NCBI GenBank assembly: GCA_024704765.1
Contig: JAKMXF010000322.1
Span: 62,001 to 126,000 of the forward strand
DNA: 64,000 bases
Source: Oopsacas minuta
Taxonomy: Eukaryota > Animalia > Porifera
Direction: 5' to 3'
Shown: positions 44,518-57,600 of the stretch, piece after piece
How the letters are laid out: every line of letters begins with the position of its first letter
How positions within the stretch are numbered: the stretch's first letter is position 1
The notes under the pieces: generated by a model
Databases searched by the model: none
The model's input: only the letters and a program-made list of their open reading frames with translations
Told to the model about the DNA's origin: nothing
Made by a program: the position numbers and the translations under genes

Positions 44518-45892
44518 GCTATATTTTATAAATTAGCGCTTATATTCCCCGCAATTAGATTTTGAGCCAATTTTGGACAATTTTAGTGACTCAGTGAAAT
44601 TCACAGCTGTCCATATTATCCTTTGATGAACTGAATTGTGTAGGTAGCGAATTTTAATTAAAGAGATCGTAACTCCTGTCATATTTGCAACCTAAAATTA
44701 TGCAAATATCGCCCTCTTGTTTATTTGCACCACTGAAGTCTATCGCATTGTGTCACACGTGATTAATCATATTTTAGCACCTTATCATATTCCAGCCACA
44801 AATTGTTGAATAATTATGAAGCAATCTGATTGGTTATTAGGTATACACAGCCGTTGCTAGGGAATCATGTCTAAATATGCAAATTATTATATTTTAATAT
44901 GCAAAATCTGACCAATGACCAATCAGGACAATATGTAATAGCTCCAATTTCAAAAAGCTGCTTTTTGAATATTTTGTTGTTATTTACATATTTTACAGAA
45001 CAATTACCAAATTAGAGCTGAGATTATATTTGCTAATTTTATGGTTCGAAACTATGAAATTTGATTGGTTAGAAACACTCACAATTGATTGGGTCAATAT
45101 ATGACTGATTCAGGCTAGTATTTGATTGGCTGGAGAGATAGTTGTGCCAATTCCTAATTAAATAATATGTAAATTTACATTTTATCACTTCTCTGCAAAA
45201 TAAACTTATCAATTGAAACCAAATCAAGAGCAAATACTTTAGGCGGGCTTTCCTATCTGTTATATTGAAAAAATGCTGTGGTTAGCAACAACTAGCTATT
45301 AAGGAATGTTCTAAATACTTGAGAAATATAAAATATATCCATTAGGGTGGATTCTGCTCTTTTGGATATATTCGGGCCATCTCTAACATAGCATTTGAGT
45401 ACACAGTTGTATATTAACATTCCATAGTGTATTTTGGTTGCTATAGTAGCAATTATGGAGCAAATGGTATGTAGAAATAGAATCTAACATTTTTGGAGCA
45501 TTTTAATACACAAATATTTGTTTTGTTACTATTTTTGTATAAATCAGCTGAAAATATGAAAATTCATCAAAATATGCACAAAATGCATTTTATTGAATTC
45601 TTGAATTCACGCGCCACTTAGAACAAATATATGAATAATTACTTACGTAGCATTTTATTGCTTCACACTTTGGAATAATTAGACATTAGCAATGAGTTTT
45701 CTTCAAACAGGTTTCTGATTAGAAGAATAATTCTAAATATACAATTAGTCAATAATAATCGTATATATATAATATTGCGTAATATAATACGTCAGTAAAG
45801 GTGTCAAACCTCAAAAATGTTTCTTTGTTCTAAAAATAGCGACAGACTTTATACATCTTGAATATATTTATTAAGCCTCAAATCCGCTGAAG

Positions 45893-45972
45893 CCCGCCAA
45901 AATTCCCGCCTTATTGTAGGAAAGACTAATACTAAAATGATATATCCCGCCAAAAAATCGATTTTCCCGCCC
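45893..45972. promoter_or_regulatory. Cluster of four E2F-like (T/G)CCCGCC motifs
   Basis: GCCCGCCAAAA, TTCCCGCC, ATCCCGCCAAAA and TTTTCCCGCC within 80 bp of otherwise AT-rich DNA. Confidence 0.4.
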
Positions 45973-46680
45973 TAGAACACAAGATTACCCAATTAGAATC
46001 AGATCAGTTTTCTCCTCCTTCTTCTTAACATAATTCACATTATGGCTAAAGTGGCACACATAACCAGTGACACAATTTCCCAGACACTCAAAGTGACACA
46101 TTCTCAGAATTAAGTCTCAAAAGTAACAATACTTGAAAGAGATTCTAAGAACACAAAACTGTCTAGCCTGAATCCTTCCAAGAGGTGTCAGATCATGATT
46201 AATCAATTATACATATGTATATACCTTCTCAAAATGCTCTCATAACAACATACAAATTGAAACCATATATTTCCGACACCTAGTCGATAATCAGTTAGAA
46301 TCTTTAGCGAATTATTTCTAAAGAAGTATGTTGATAATAATTAGATAGTGGCCTGTGCCATTTTAAAGTGGCTTCTATTCAGATACATCTGTTATATAAT
46401 TTGGCTTCCAAATGGCTGAATTTAGCAGACTGTAATTCTAAGGGATTAGTATTATATTTAGATTCGTGATTAGTTTCTGGGCGACACTATTTTCACACCT
46501 TTTAAATTGTCTTTTACACAAAAATATATTCTGCAATGATAGTTCGCAAAATGGAAGCAATCGATTGGTTGGAATTACTGATAAGAGCTATAAAGTGTGG
46601 CGAAATGTGGCAGCTGGCGCATTTAGAAAGTGGCTCTAGTGTCTAAACGACACCTCCAATCATCGCTGAGAAAGGTTACA

Positions 46681-46855
46681 AATATGTTACCCTATCAGAT
46701 TCGAGGGTATACCCTGAAGTACTATTTTAGTATAAATTCGGAAATATTTGAGTTTCTGCATATTTTCATATTTTCATACTTAGAGAATATGTGACAGCAA
46801 GTATGCACCCTGAGGACATCAGGGTATACCCTCAAATCTGATAGGGTAACATATT
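46681..46855. mobile_element. MITE-like element with 37-bp inverted repeats
   Basis: 46681-46717 vs 46819-46855, one mismatch. Can also be read as TA|TGTTACCC...GGGTAACA|TA. Superfamily unresolved. Confidence 0.75.
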
Positions 46856-47052
46856 AGTCCCTTATCCCAGAGATTCACTATATTCAGGGAATTTCAAAAT
46901 TTCCCTGACAAAGGAATAGCCCTTAAAAAGTAAATAGAATTGACTCCGATTAATATAGACACCTGTCACTCGGGTCAGTTGGCCAGAAACAGAACCATAC
47001 AAATAGTGTTAAATTACTCCAGTTAATCGGGTCAAATGGTCTCTGGTACCGG

Positions 47053-47336
47053 TGTGGTAGTGTCATGTGTCCTCCCTAAATTCTGTCCCCCCGGACTAGT
47101 GGCACTAGGGCCAAATGTCCCCCGGACTAGTGACACTAGGGCAAGGAGTCCCGCCGACGAATGGCACTAGTGTGGAGTGTCCCCCCGGACCTCTGGCACT
47201 AGGGTCAGTAGTCCCCACTTTGGGTCAGATGTCCCCCGGACTACTGACCCTAGTGCCAGAGGTCCGGGGGACATATCACCCTAGTGCCACAAGTCCGGGG
47301 GGACAGCTCACCCGGAGGACCACTGCCCCTCTGACA
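47053..47336. mobile_element. Non-autonomous Ginger1-like DNA transposon (284 bp)
   Basis: TGT...ACA termini, CCGG direct repeats at 47049-52 and 47337-40, ~58-bp ungapped imperfect TIRs, internal GTCCCCCGGACTAGTGGCACTAGGG subrepeats in both orientations. Confidence 0.7.
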
Positions 47337-50300
47337 CCGGTGTGACCCTATTGAGCAGAGTCTATTGTGTGTGTATATGAATTTATAACACCTTTTTCGT
47401 GGCCTGAACTTTGCTTTGAGTTAAATTAGAATATATTGTAAATTCTATTATTATTCACATTTATGAAATATACAATTAACTTTAGCGCCTAATATTTCAA
47501 TGACCCCGCTACTAATTTGAATATTTCCATAACCAGAACTAATAACAATAAATTCACACTTTAAGTTCCAATACAATAATTTTTCTCTCAAAATTTCTCT
47601 ACAAATTTACACTTTGTGGAACTGACACCAATACCTTGGCGCGTCACTCATGTTTACCTTTTTGAACAATAACAAAGGTTATAGTCATACAGCTGTAAAT
47701 AATTCCAATAATTCCAAATGGGTGAACTCATTGAAAACGTCGGTTCGGACGGAGTTCCGAATTTATGCGAATATTTAATGCCTCAATCTCTTGTACGTTC
47801 TTGCGCTAATTTGTACTAATATGTTTTCAAAATCAGCCATATGTCAGTCTTGCAAATTGTTTATGCATATTTTCACACCATTCCATCTTTTGACGCGCGT
47901 AATATTATTATAATATCCACTTAATCAATTAAATGTCGTAATTCTATTGGTCACATTGTCTACCAATCAAATGCTTTGAGAAAGCAAAACAGTTGATTGG
48001 TCAAGTTTAATTATGGGAACACCCACAATTATTTAAATTTAACTCTGGAATATGATTGGTTGATATTTTGGAAAATATTAAATCTGTTTGAATTTGGTTA
48101 CATTGTAAAGCCAGATGTTGATTGGTCAATCTACCCAGCTATTACTTGTAATTATGCCATTGAATTCCTAAATAATTAACCAATCATTTCAGTCTTTTAA
48201 CGTAATTATAGAACCTGACAGCTGTTGGAAGTGAAATCGGGTCCGAATGGAGAATTGTCGATTCGTGCAGGTGGATGTGTGTAATAGATAAATTCGCCAG
48301 ACACACTTTCGGATTATAGAGAACTTCCAAATTGTGCATGTGTGTATTTTATTGGTTCCACTGTTAGTTCCATAATCATATTTCATAAATACATTTATTT
48401 CACAAACATTAATATTTGTATTCGACAAATTACAGCTGTAGTTTAGGCGCGCATTTCCCCCAAAATTGTTTATTATAAAAGTTTACATTTTTTGCATAAA
48501 ATATTTGTAATTTTGTCAATTTTGCATTAAACATGCTTATTGCATATTTTGAGATAAGTGTGATTATTTTAACTTCGCATATTTGTAGAAATACTATAGT
48601 TGCGCCTATAGTTCCATATTCAAATAACCATTAATGCTTAGCGGCGGATATTATACAAAGATATTGCCATCCAAGTCAAAATGTGTCCTGTAGTGCAAGA
48701 AAGTGTATTTTGACATTTTCACTAATTCGCCCCTTGGAGCACAAACCCCTGATAAGACCCTGGAATTTCTGATAAATTATACACCTTACTACATACCATA
48801 TGTAACATCTCGTTGCTAAGAAGCTAGCTAATAAATGCAAATAATATGATTACTCTAATATCACAGAATAGCTGCTAATAATTCAGGTGGACATAGCCAC
48901 AACATGTGTAAGTATTACGCATAACTCTAGAGACATAACTGTATTATGGTTAGTTCCAGTTTGGCGGGGAAATATTAACTCTAATATTAAATTATCAGTG
49001 ATAATTATCCTTGTTATGAAATGTAAATGTATTGCAATTAGCCAATCAATTTTGAGTATTTATTCATTTGAATTCATGTTTTGCAGCCAATTTGGAAGAA
49101 GTGGTCCAAACCAAACCACCTGTGTGCCACATGTGCCACGTCTAAGAAGCAGTCAGTTTATGATCGCAAACAAACATATATTCCTGAAAATGTAGAATAT
49201 ATACAAAGTGGAACTATAAATGATAGTTCCTATTACAGATGAATAAAGTTATAAATGGCACTAGCCACTTAACATGTCGACCAGTCAATTTACAGGTATA
49301 ATATGGCCTCCACTTTATATATGTGGCTTAGTTTACTGTGTCACAACTTGCTCGCCACTTTTTGAGACAAAATTAATAGAAAATTGTCTTCTCAATAGTT
49401 AGAGTGTTTACAAATATTAATTGTAAGTTTTCAATAATTGGCATCTTTCCATTGTTAAGACTGCCACTAATATGATGACTTAACACGACTAGTCATTTCT
49501 TTGATCTTATCTCAAAGTTCATATTACTTAGCTAATGGAATAATCTTAATATTCCGCCACAATTATAACTGCCACTTTATTGTGTCGCTTGTGTACAGAG
49601 GAAAGAGAGACCACTTTTGTAAGATTTATATTTTGTACAAACAGTTTTATTTTGGGAAATAATTTTCCCCAGCTTAGAAAATTAAATCCGCGCCTAAAAT
49701 GTTCGTTTCTATTGGTTAATATTTGCATAATTAGGCGCTGTATTTAGGCGCGTTATCTAGAGAAGTCAGTTCCAATATTAGGCGCCTAAATAATTAACCA
49801 ATCATTTCTTAGGAGCAACACTTTTGCTGACAAAAATGTATAAAATGTGTCCTCACTCCACTTCCCATCTCTCTTCCAAATAGTGTTAAGTGGACGCTAT
49901 AATCCCATAATTAAATCCAAACTGGACAATCCTTACATAGCAACCATAGAAATGGAATGGAATGGAATGTTGTATTTAAGATATTTTATTGAGACATAGT
50001 CACATAGCATATCTACAAAACTGATAAATTCCACTTTGTGACACATTTTGGTGGCATATGCCACTCGGCAACTACCAGAAAATCTGAACCCACAATTTAT
50101 GTAGAAGTGGCAGTTATAGAAATGTGATTAAATATGATATTGTATAGTGTGGGTGGTTTTAAATGGCGCCATTTATTCAGGTGACAACTTTCAATATTGT
50201 AATACAATTTTGAGAATTGAATGTGTTTATCTTTTCAGATATAATATTGGTTATGGTATAGGTTCACATCTTATTGTGGCATAGCCTGTTGCTTTTCAAA

Positions 50301-51530
50301 CTTAAGCCATCTGGAGTGTGTCACTAAATTGTGGAATATTCATATATGTAAATTTGGCGCCATTATTTTAGCGGTTAATTTCGAAAAACCGTGTTTATGA
50401 AATAGTTCCAATTTGGTTTGTAAATATATGTGAACAATTGCAGGTTGAAAATTGGCCATATTGCGTCTAATTATTTTTGTATATTTAGTGATAATTTCTT
50501 TGTTCGTAAACTTGTTTATTGTGACACATTTATGCCACTTTAAATAACCATATGAGTATTTTTCAGTCCATGGATATGATTAAGTAACCCTACAAATATT
50601 ATAACTGAAACTATCACCGTGGATAATTCCAATTTGGATCTGAGTGTATTTTTGTGTATAATTTTTCTGACTTTGGACCATGGATGGATATATCAATAAA
50701 TAGTTGCATATTGTTTACAAAACTAATTAGGGAAATTGATTTATGTCGCATTTTAGACACATTTTGGTGTCACGAATACCTGCCACATTGTGTCGCTACC
50801 TTTTGCACCCAAAACTTAGCTTACTTCTCTCTAAAATTTATAATTTTATTTATCCAAAATTTTAATATTGTTTACTAATCCACAATTGTTATTATTTACT
50901 ACTCTGGGTGAGTATTTATCATATTTGTAACACAACAATATAATATCATTCCCGCGCCTAAATTATCCCACAAATGAAGCGCCTAATCATGCCACAAACT
51001 GCCACAATTCAGCTGAATAGTGTCGTTATCATTTTTCTGTTAGTGTAATATTCTAAAGTTGTCCATACTAAATAGGCTTTTATTATTCTGTATAAAATGT
51101 TGGAATTTGTTAAACAAAGTGAACATATGTGAATGTGGCATTTGTGGCATGATATAGTGGCTCATAATGTGGCCTCTTATCTTGAAGACCTGTTCCATGA
51201 GTAACTGATCTCTTGTAATGGGACCATCTTGTACCCTGGGTGCTTGTACGGTGTTATTTTTGTGAAGTGATATCTCATTGGTTCTAGAATATCATATTCC
51301 CATCAAATGAGCTGTAGAGCTTTGCACCCAAGGTCATTTTGGGTCCAATACGGCCCCCCCGTGGAGAGGATGTGGCTGAAGGCGTCCCTCTTATAGTGAA
51401 TCATTTATAATATTTGTCCTATAGTGTGAAAAGTGGCACACGCCATGTCTTAGACACTTTTAGTTACTTTATATTTTTGAAATATTGTCCATAAATATTG
51501 AGAGAGGTCAAATACCTTCTCTTCCCTCTT

Positions 51531-51561
51531 CCCTGTCCCCTGTCCCCTGTCCCCTGTCCCC
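51531..51561 (-). other. G-quadruplex-forming repeat (GGGGACA)4GGG upstream of TRIP12
   Basis: Five G-runs with 3-nt loops on the - strand, ~60-90 bp 5' of the ATG at 51618. Confidence 0.6.
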
Positions 51562-51617
51562 TCCTGATTGAATATTGTGTCGTCTTAACATCTTAGCCAT
51601 ATGGAGCTGACATATTA

Positions 51618-54600
51618 ATGGACAAAACTTCTGTCAAAAGAAATCCTGTAAAAAACTTGAAAATTATTTCTTCGTTAAACTCACAAAAATCTAAAAATTA
51701 TCTGAAACGATTGGATTCTGTCAAAAAGTCTAAAAAAATCCCCGAATTTGATAACAACCAAAAGGTGTCAACAACTGGTACTAAAGGTCATCTCAGTTCC
51801 GTAATAGTTCGACCCAAGAAAAAGGTCCCATTTCTGAAACGTCCGAATCTCCAAAGAAGTCGATTTTCCCCCCGGTTCAAGCCGACACAGCCTACTCCAG
51901 TATATACTACATCAAGTGAAGAATCGGAACCAACTCCCAGAACTGAAACTAACAAGGTTCCAATTCACAAAAGAATCCGCGCCTATTCTGATACGAGTTC
52001 TGATACCGAACCAGAACTATCTTCATTACACAAATCTGATTCATTAGTGACTCCAGTTAGTTCCAATTCAAATCAAAAGGTATTGTTACCTCGCGACATA
52101 TTCTAACACCTTCATGCCACATTAATCCCACTTTTATTGTTCCAGTTGTTTTTCCATCATTTTCTCAACAATTAAATATGTATATTTTCACACCTTTCAT
52201 AGTTCCAATTCCAATAGTTACCACAAAAGAAATTTCGGGTTTTAGAGTTCAAATCCGATCGCAAGCTTCGCTCCAGACAACATTCCAATAAACAAGTCTC
52301 GAAACCAAGGAACCAATTCAAAACGGGGAACACACATTCCTTAGAAGATAACCTGAAACTGAAACCAACTTCTTCTAAACCGGAACCAATTGACAGACCT
52401 ACTTCTTCTCGATCTAAAGCTAGAATGGATCCTAATAAAGTGAGTTGTTTACTTGTTTGGTTACTTATTTATTTACTTGTTTACTTAATATTCTATTTAT
52501 AGCCTACAATGGAAGACTACCTAGACGCGGAATTCGACAGGAACATTCCTGACGAACCAAGCGACGATTTATTAGCACCACCCCTCTCAGTTATGATGCA
52601 ACAACACGCGGACCACCCCAACAAGTTTATGGAATTCCTCAAGAGTATCGGACGGGCCCAGACAGGTGTTGATGACTCTATGGGGCAAGTGATCGCCGGT
52701 ATCCAAGAGGGTCAAGATGAAGCTACCCAATTCGATTGTCTAGTCGAACTTACACAGGTGTGAAACTCCTTTATATTCATTCTATAATCTTTTATGTTAA
52801 ATTCCCTTGTTTAGATGCTGTTACTAGGGAGTGAGGATACTCTAGGAGGGTTACCAATTAAGGTTGTAGTACCAGCACTAATTAAACTACTGAAAGCAGA
52901 TCATAACGATCAGCTGATGTTACATTCCTGTAGGGCTCTTTGTTATTTAATGGAAGCGTTACCAAGGTTATTTGTTTGTTTGTTTGCTTGTTGCCTTCTT
53001 GTTTACTTGTTTCCCTTCTTGTTTACTTGTTTACTCATTTAGATCCACGTCTCTAATATTGGATGCAATTCCTCCTCTTCTGGAGAAACTAGAGAACATT
53101 ACATACATAGATGTAGCCGAGCAAGCACTCTCTGCGCTAGAATTATTAGCAGCACAGAAACATGCATTAGACGTGTTGGAATGTGGCGGTGTGTCCACTG
53201 TCCTTCAATACTATGAATTCTTTTCTGTAAATGCTAAGAGGAGCTCACTTAATGTGGCAGCTAATTGTTGTACCGCTGTCACCCCCCAGAACTTCCCCCG
53301 TGTCGCGAATGGCCTCACTATACTGACACAGTGTCTTAATCCACACGTGAGTACTCTCCTATTTGTTAGTTAAAACAAGAGACCCTCTGTCATAGGGTCA
53401 CAATGGGATTAATAGTTACATATGTCTCTAGGGTGATAGAAGAGCTCTGGAAGCGGCTTGTAACGCATTTTCTAAATTAACTGAGAACCTGAGAACAGAT
53501 TCATCTTGTATGCGAGCACTTACAGAGCATGGGTTACTCTTAAGGATACAAGAATTGCTCCTATCGACCCCTCCCTGTCTGACAGAGTACCACATGAAAA
53601 GTGTCCTTCACACTTTGGGTACTATGGCGCAATATTGTCCTAGTTTAGGCGCCCAAATGTTTGTTGAGAATTTCGGTTCTACTCTTAACTTTTTGATTGG
53701 TGGATCTAATCAAGGAAAATTGGCAGCTGAAACTCAGCAGGTTAGAATTTGTTTGTTTACTTGTTTGTTTGTTTATTTATTTGTTTGTTTATCTATCAGC
53801 CTGTTTACTTGTTTGTCTGTTTGTTTACAGGTAATTGGATCAAACAAATTCTTTGAGATATTGTACTGTCTCAGTGAGCTAATGCCTACACTCCCAAAAA
53901 CCGGCATATTTGAGATATCAGCTCTCCTTAGCAACGAAGGTGCTGTAAAGCTATTTTGCATTTGGGAATGGGAAGAGGACGATTCTACCTGGCACCCGTA
54001 TTCCCCTGCGGAATGTAGGAGGATCGAAACTGCGTTCCAACAGGGACAGAAGGAGCTGACGTTACCTATAATTGGTAGAGAATATTCTATGAATTTTACA
54101 GATATGGTACAAATTAATAAGTAAGTAACAGTCTCTTCACACCTTTAGAGATTAAGACACAATGTGGCATGTATACTCTTTATTGTGCACCTGACATAAG
54201 CGTAAATACGGTTATTTATAATATGATTAATCATATTTTCACACCTTTTGTAAATATTTCAAAAACAGGGACTTGGAATTCAATTTTGACACGAATATTT
54301 TACAATTTTGTATTGTTTACTGCTTGTTTACGATTAGGAACACAAACACAGAGCGTTCAATACGTCGACAAGGGCCCAGCGGACCAAACGCACCCTCAAA
54401 TCCACCGGAACCGGAACTAATACCTGAAATGGACCCCAGAGAAATAGCTGTCATAGAAAACTTGGACACAACTCAACAGCTCTTCCAATCGATCCTCCCG
54501 CTTCTTTTTGATATCCTTAACGCTGCCCCTGGTCCAACTGTCCAACAGAAATGTCTCCAAACTATAATTAGAATGGTCCGTGTGGCCCAATCAGATGTCA

Positions 54601-57600
54601 TACACGCAGTACTACATGACGTCCCGGTATGTGGATTGTGTTCCGTTAATTGCTATTTACTTCCCATCTGACTGTGGCAGGGGATTTTATGGGGAACATA
54701 CCTCTCACAGGGGTTACGTTATTGAAGAGTGTCAAACCAGTGGATCCCAATCTTTTTACCCATGGTCAGGTGATAATATATTGTTTGTTGTTATTTTTGT
54801 TTATTTCTAGGTGTCAAGCTATCTAGCAGCCTTACTCGCTTCAAAAGAGTTCCCAGTGCTTATCCCTTGTTTACAACTAATAAGTTTGTTGTTAGACAAG
54901 CTTGATTTGTTTACTATTTACTTCCGTAAAGAAGGTGTTGTCCATCAAATAGAATTGTTAAAAGACAATCCTCCTATAAGCCTAACTCCGCCTCTCCCAA
55001 TGCCCAATCAGAATCCTCCCTCACTGAGCCTACCGTCATCTCTCCCACCACCTGTATTTCATTCTATGCAATTAACCAATCAAGGCTCTCCTCCTGCTGT
55101 GCCGTCAGGTATAAATAGGCTCTCAGTCTACATTCAGTTTCTTCAAATTTAATGCACCCCTGGGGGGTCTATTTTATGAATTATTTCTTGTTTAGGTTTT
55201 CCATATGTTTCACCTTTTCAGACCTCTGGCTGGCCGTCGGTCGCTTCAATAGCTCCAACATTCCTGCCACAAGGTGGAGCGAGGCCACAACTTGTGCCAC
55301 CTGTTGTAATTCCTATGCCAGCTAGAATGCAGCCAGCACCTGTCCCCAAACAGGCTGAGCCCTCTAGGAAAGGAACAAAAGGTTGTTGTTATTTGTTATT
55401 TGTTTATTTGTTGTTATTTGTTTGTTTTTTAGGAAAACTGTTTGGTAGAAAATCTCAATCATCTGGGTTTGGGGGATCACCACCTCCCCCTTGTCCAATT
55501 GCTCCCGTCCATTTACCACCAATGATCCCATCGCTGCCAACACCTGACGCTGAGATATACTCACCCTCCCATTCCCTCAGGAAACACCCAACAGCCTCCA
55601 TGCCACAACGTGTGCCACTTCCTCAGGACACAATCCACTTTCACTCTAATCAATCTCCCCCAATACCTCCTTACTTCCATTATAGGGGAATTCCTGCTAG
55701 CGCTCCGGCGGACTCTCCCATTAATCCGTACTTCCTGGCTGGACACTATATCAAACAGGTTTGTTTGTTTATTCCTTGTTATCTGTTTGTTTATTTATTT
55801 GTTGTTTACTTTAGCAAGGTGTAAACAAGAATGAGAAAATCCGCCAATGGCTAATTGACACCTGCACTCAATTATTGATCAATCATTTTTCAGATGATAG
55901 TGAAGATGGACAAGCATATGAACTAATAAACATATTGAAGAAAATTGCTTCAAATCTTTGTAACAAACTGACACCAACACTGGAACTATTCCAGGAACTA
56001 AGTGATCTCATTACGGAACCAACTATAAACGTGTCATCATTTGAACTTACACATTCCAACCTCGTTCATCAGTTGCTAAGCATATTCAGTTGTAATCCAA
56101 TGGTTTCGGAAAATCGAGTTGTATGGCAGGAATTTTTGCATGTTTTTTTCAAAAGTCCGCCACCTGGCGTGCCACTTAAAACCGATTGGTTAGTTCCAGA
56201 TATTGACACCTTACCGGTTCTGAAACTAGTCCAAATCTTACAGAATTGTGTGAACCAATCTGAACAGTTTCCAGCTCGGAGTGAATTTGGCAATTTATCT
56301 GGTAGTCAGCAATTTTATAGATACATAAATAATCACCAGTTAAAGTGTCAATTAGTGCGCCACTCGAGTGACAAACAAAGCAAAGAATGGAAGAAACGTA
56401 AGTCACATATTTTTCCTGCATTCCTTAGACATCAAACTGTTGTCATAGCAAAAAAAAGTTTATTCCCGCTTGAATTTAAGTTTCCCCGCGTGAATTTATA
56501 TTTCCCGCACTAAAAGTCATTGATATATTTATCTGGCGCTTATAATATATACTATTTGAAACTAACACATTTTTAGGTCCAATTCAAGTTGATCCTCTTG
56601 CTACCCTCTACTCCGTGGAGAAATATTTGGTCATGAGGGGACTATCTAGAGACAACAGTTTTGAGGAAGGTGATAGTTCCGATGAGGGAATGTTTATAGT
56701 TGATACAGGAGATAGCGGTCCAAACTTTGAATTCCTTCTCAATGATAAAGTTCTGCCACATAACATCACTATGTTTGAATTGGTATGTCATGTTTTGAAG
56801 TGTTATGTTATAAAGCCTTGTACCTGTACCCTTCCCTACCCTGGGGACCCTCAATCACAATCCATGGTCCACTTACAGGTCCAATTGCCCCTAATTTGGG
56901 ATCTGACACCTCGGGTTACACTGTATTAGCGGTCTATGGATTGTTAGAATTATTATTTGTAGAATTATCAAACTATTCTATCCATCCATGGTTTATATCC
57001 TAATATTATAGATGCGTAAAATGCGAGTCAAGCAAGAGACCGGAGCGACACAAAGTGAAGAACAAACACCTCTCCCTACCTCCTTTTTCCTCCCTTCTTC
57101 ATACCTCTCCCAGACACTAACACTCCACTATAGACAGATGGCTAAATCTTCACACCTTTCTAAAAAGCCCGCCACACGACACTCCGCCCGGATCAGACAG
57201 AAAACCAAAGAGATATCCGATAGAATCGAACCTGCCCCCTCGACACAAATCCTCCCAAAATCTGACACTTTCCTGGAGCGCCTATTCCTGGATATTTCTC
57301 TCATAGTCACTTCAGATTGGTCAATAAACGACCCCAGCGTCCCGTTTATAAAACTTCTGTCAATTCTCTTTCATTTGAATGAAAGATGGAATTTATTGTA
57401 CTCACCATTTATAGGCAGAAGATTGATCAATATGGTAGCATTCCATAACTCCAAACTCAGTGCTAAGGTATGATTCTTCTTATTTTGTTGTTGTTCTCTT
57501 ATGTGTATATTTTCACACCTTTTCACATATTTCAATTTGCCCAATCATATTGTAGCCTTTTTGCAATAAGGCATACTATGTATTTACATTGAATGTAGAC

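Noticed and set aside
40390-45055. GGTTCGA T-loop-like motifs (~40396, ~45044) as tRNA candidates
   Set aside because: No cloverleaf stems or A-box around them.
47115-47345. 76-aa Pro/Gly-rich ORF
   Set aside because: Translation of the Ginger-like element's internal repeats.
48211-48270. Exon-like segment NLTAVGSEIGSEWRIV resembling a death-domain helix
   Set aside because: Too short, and no convincing chain of neighbouring exons.
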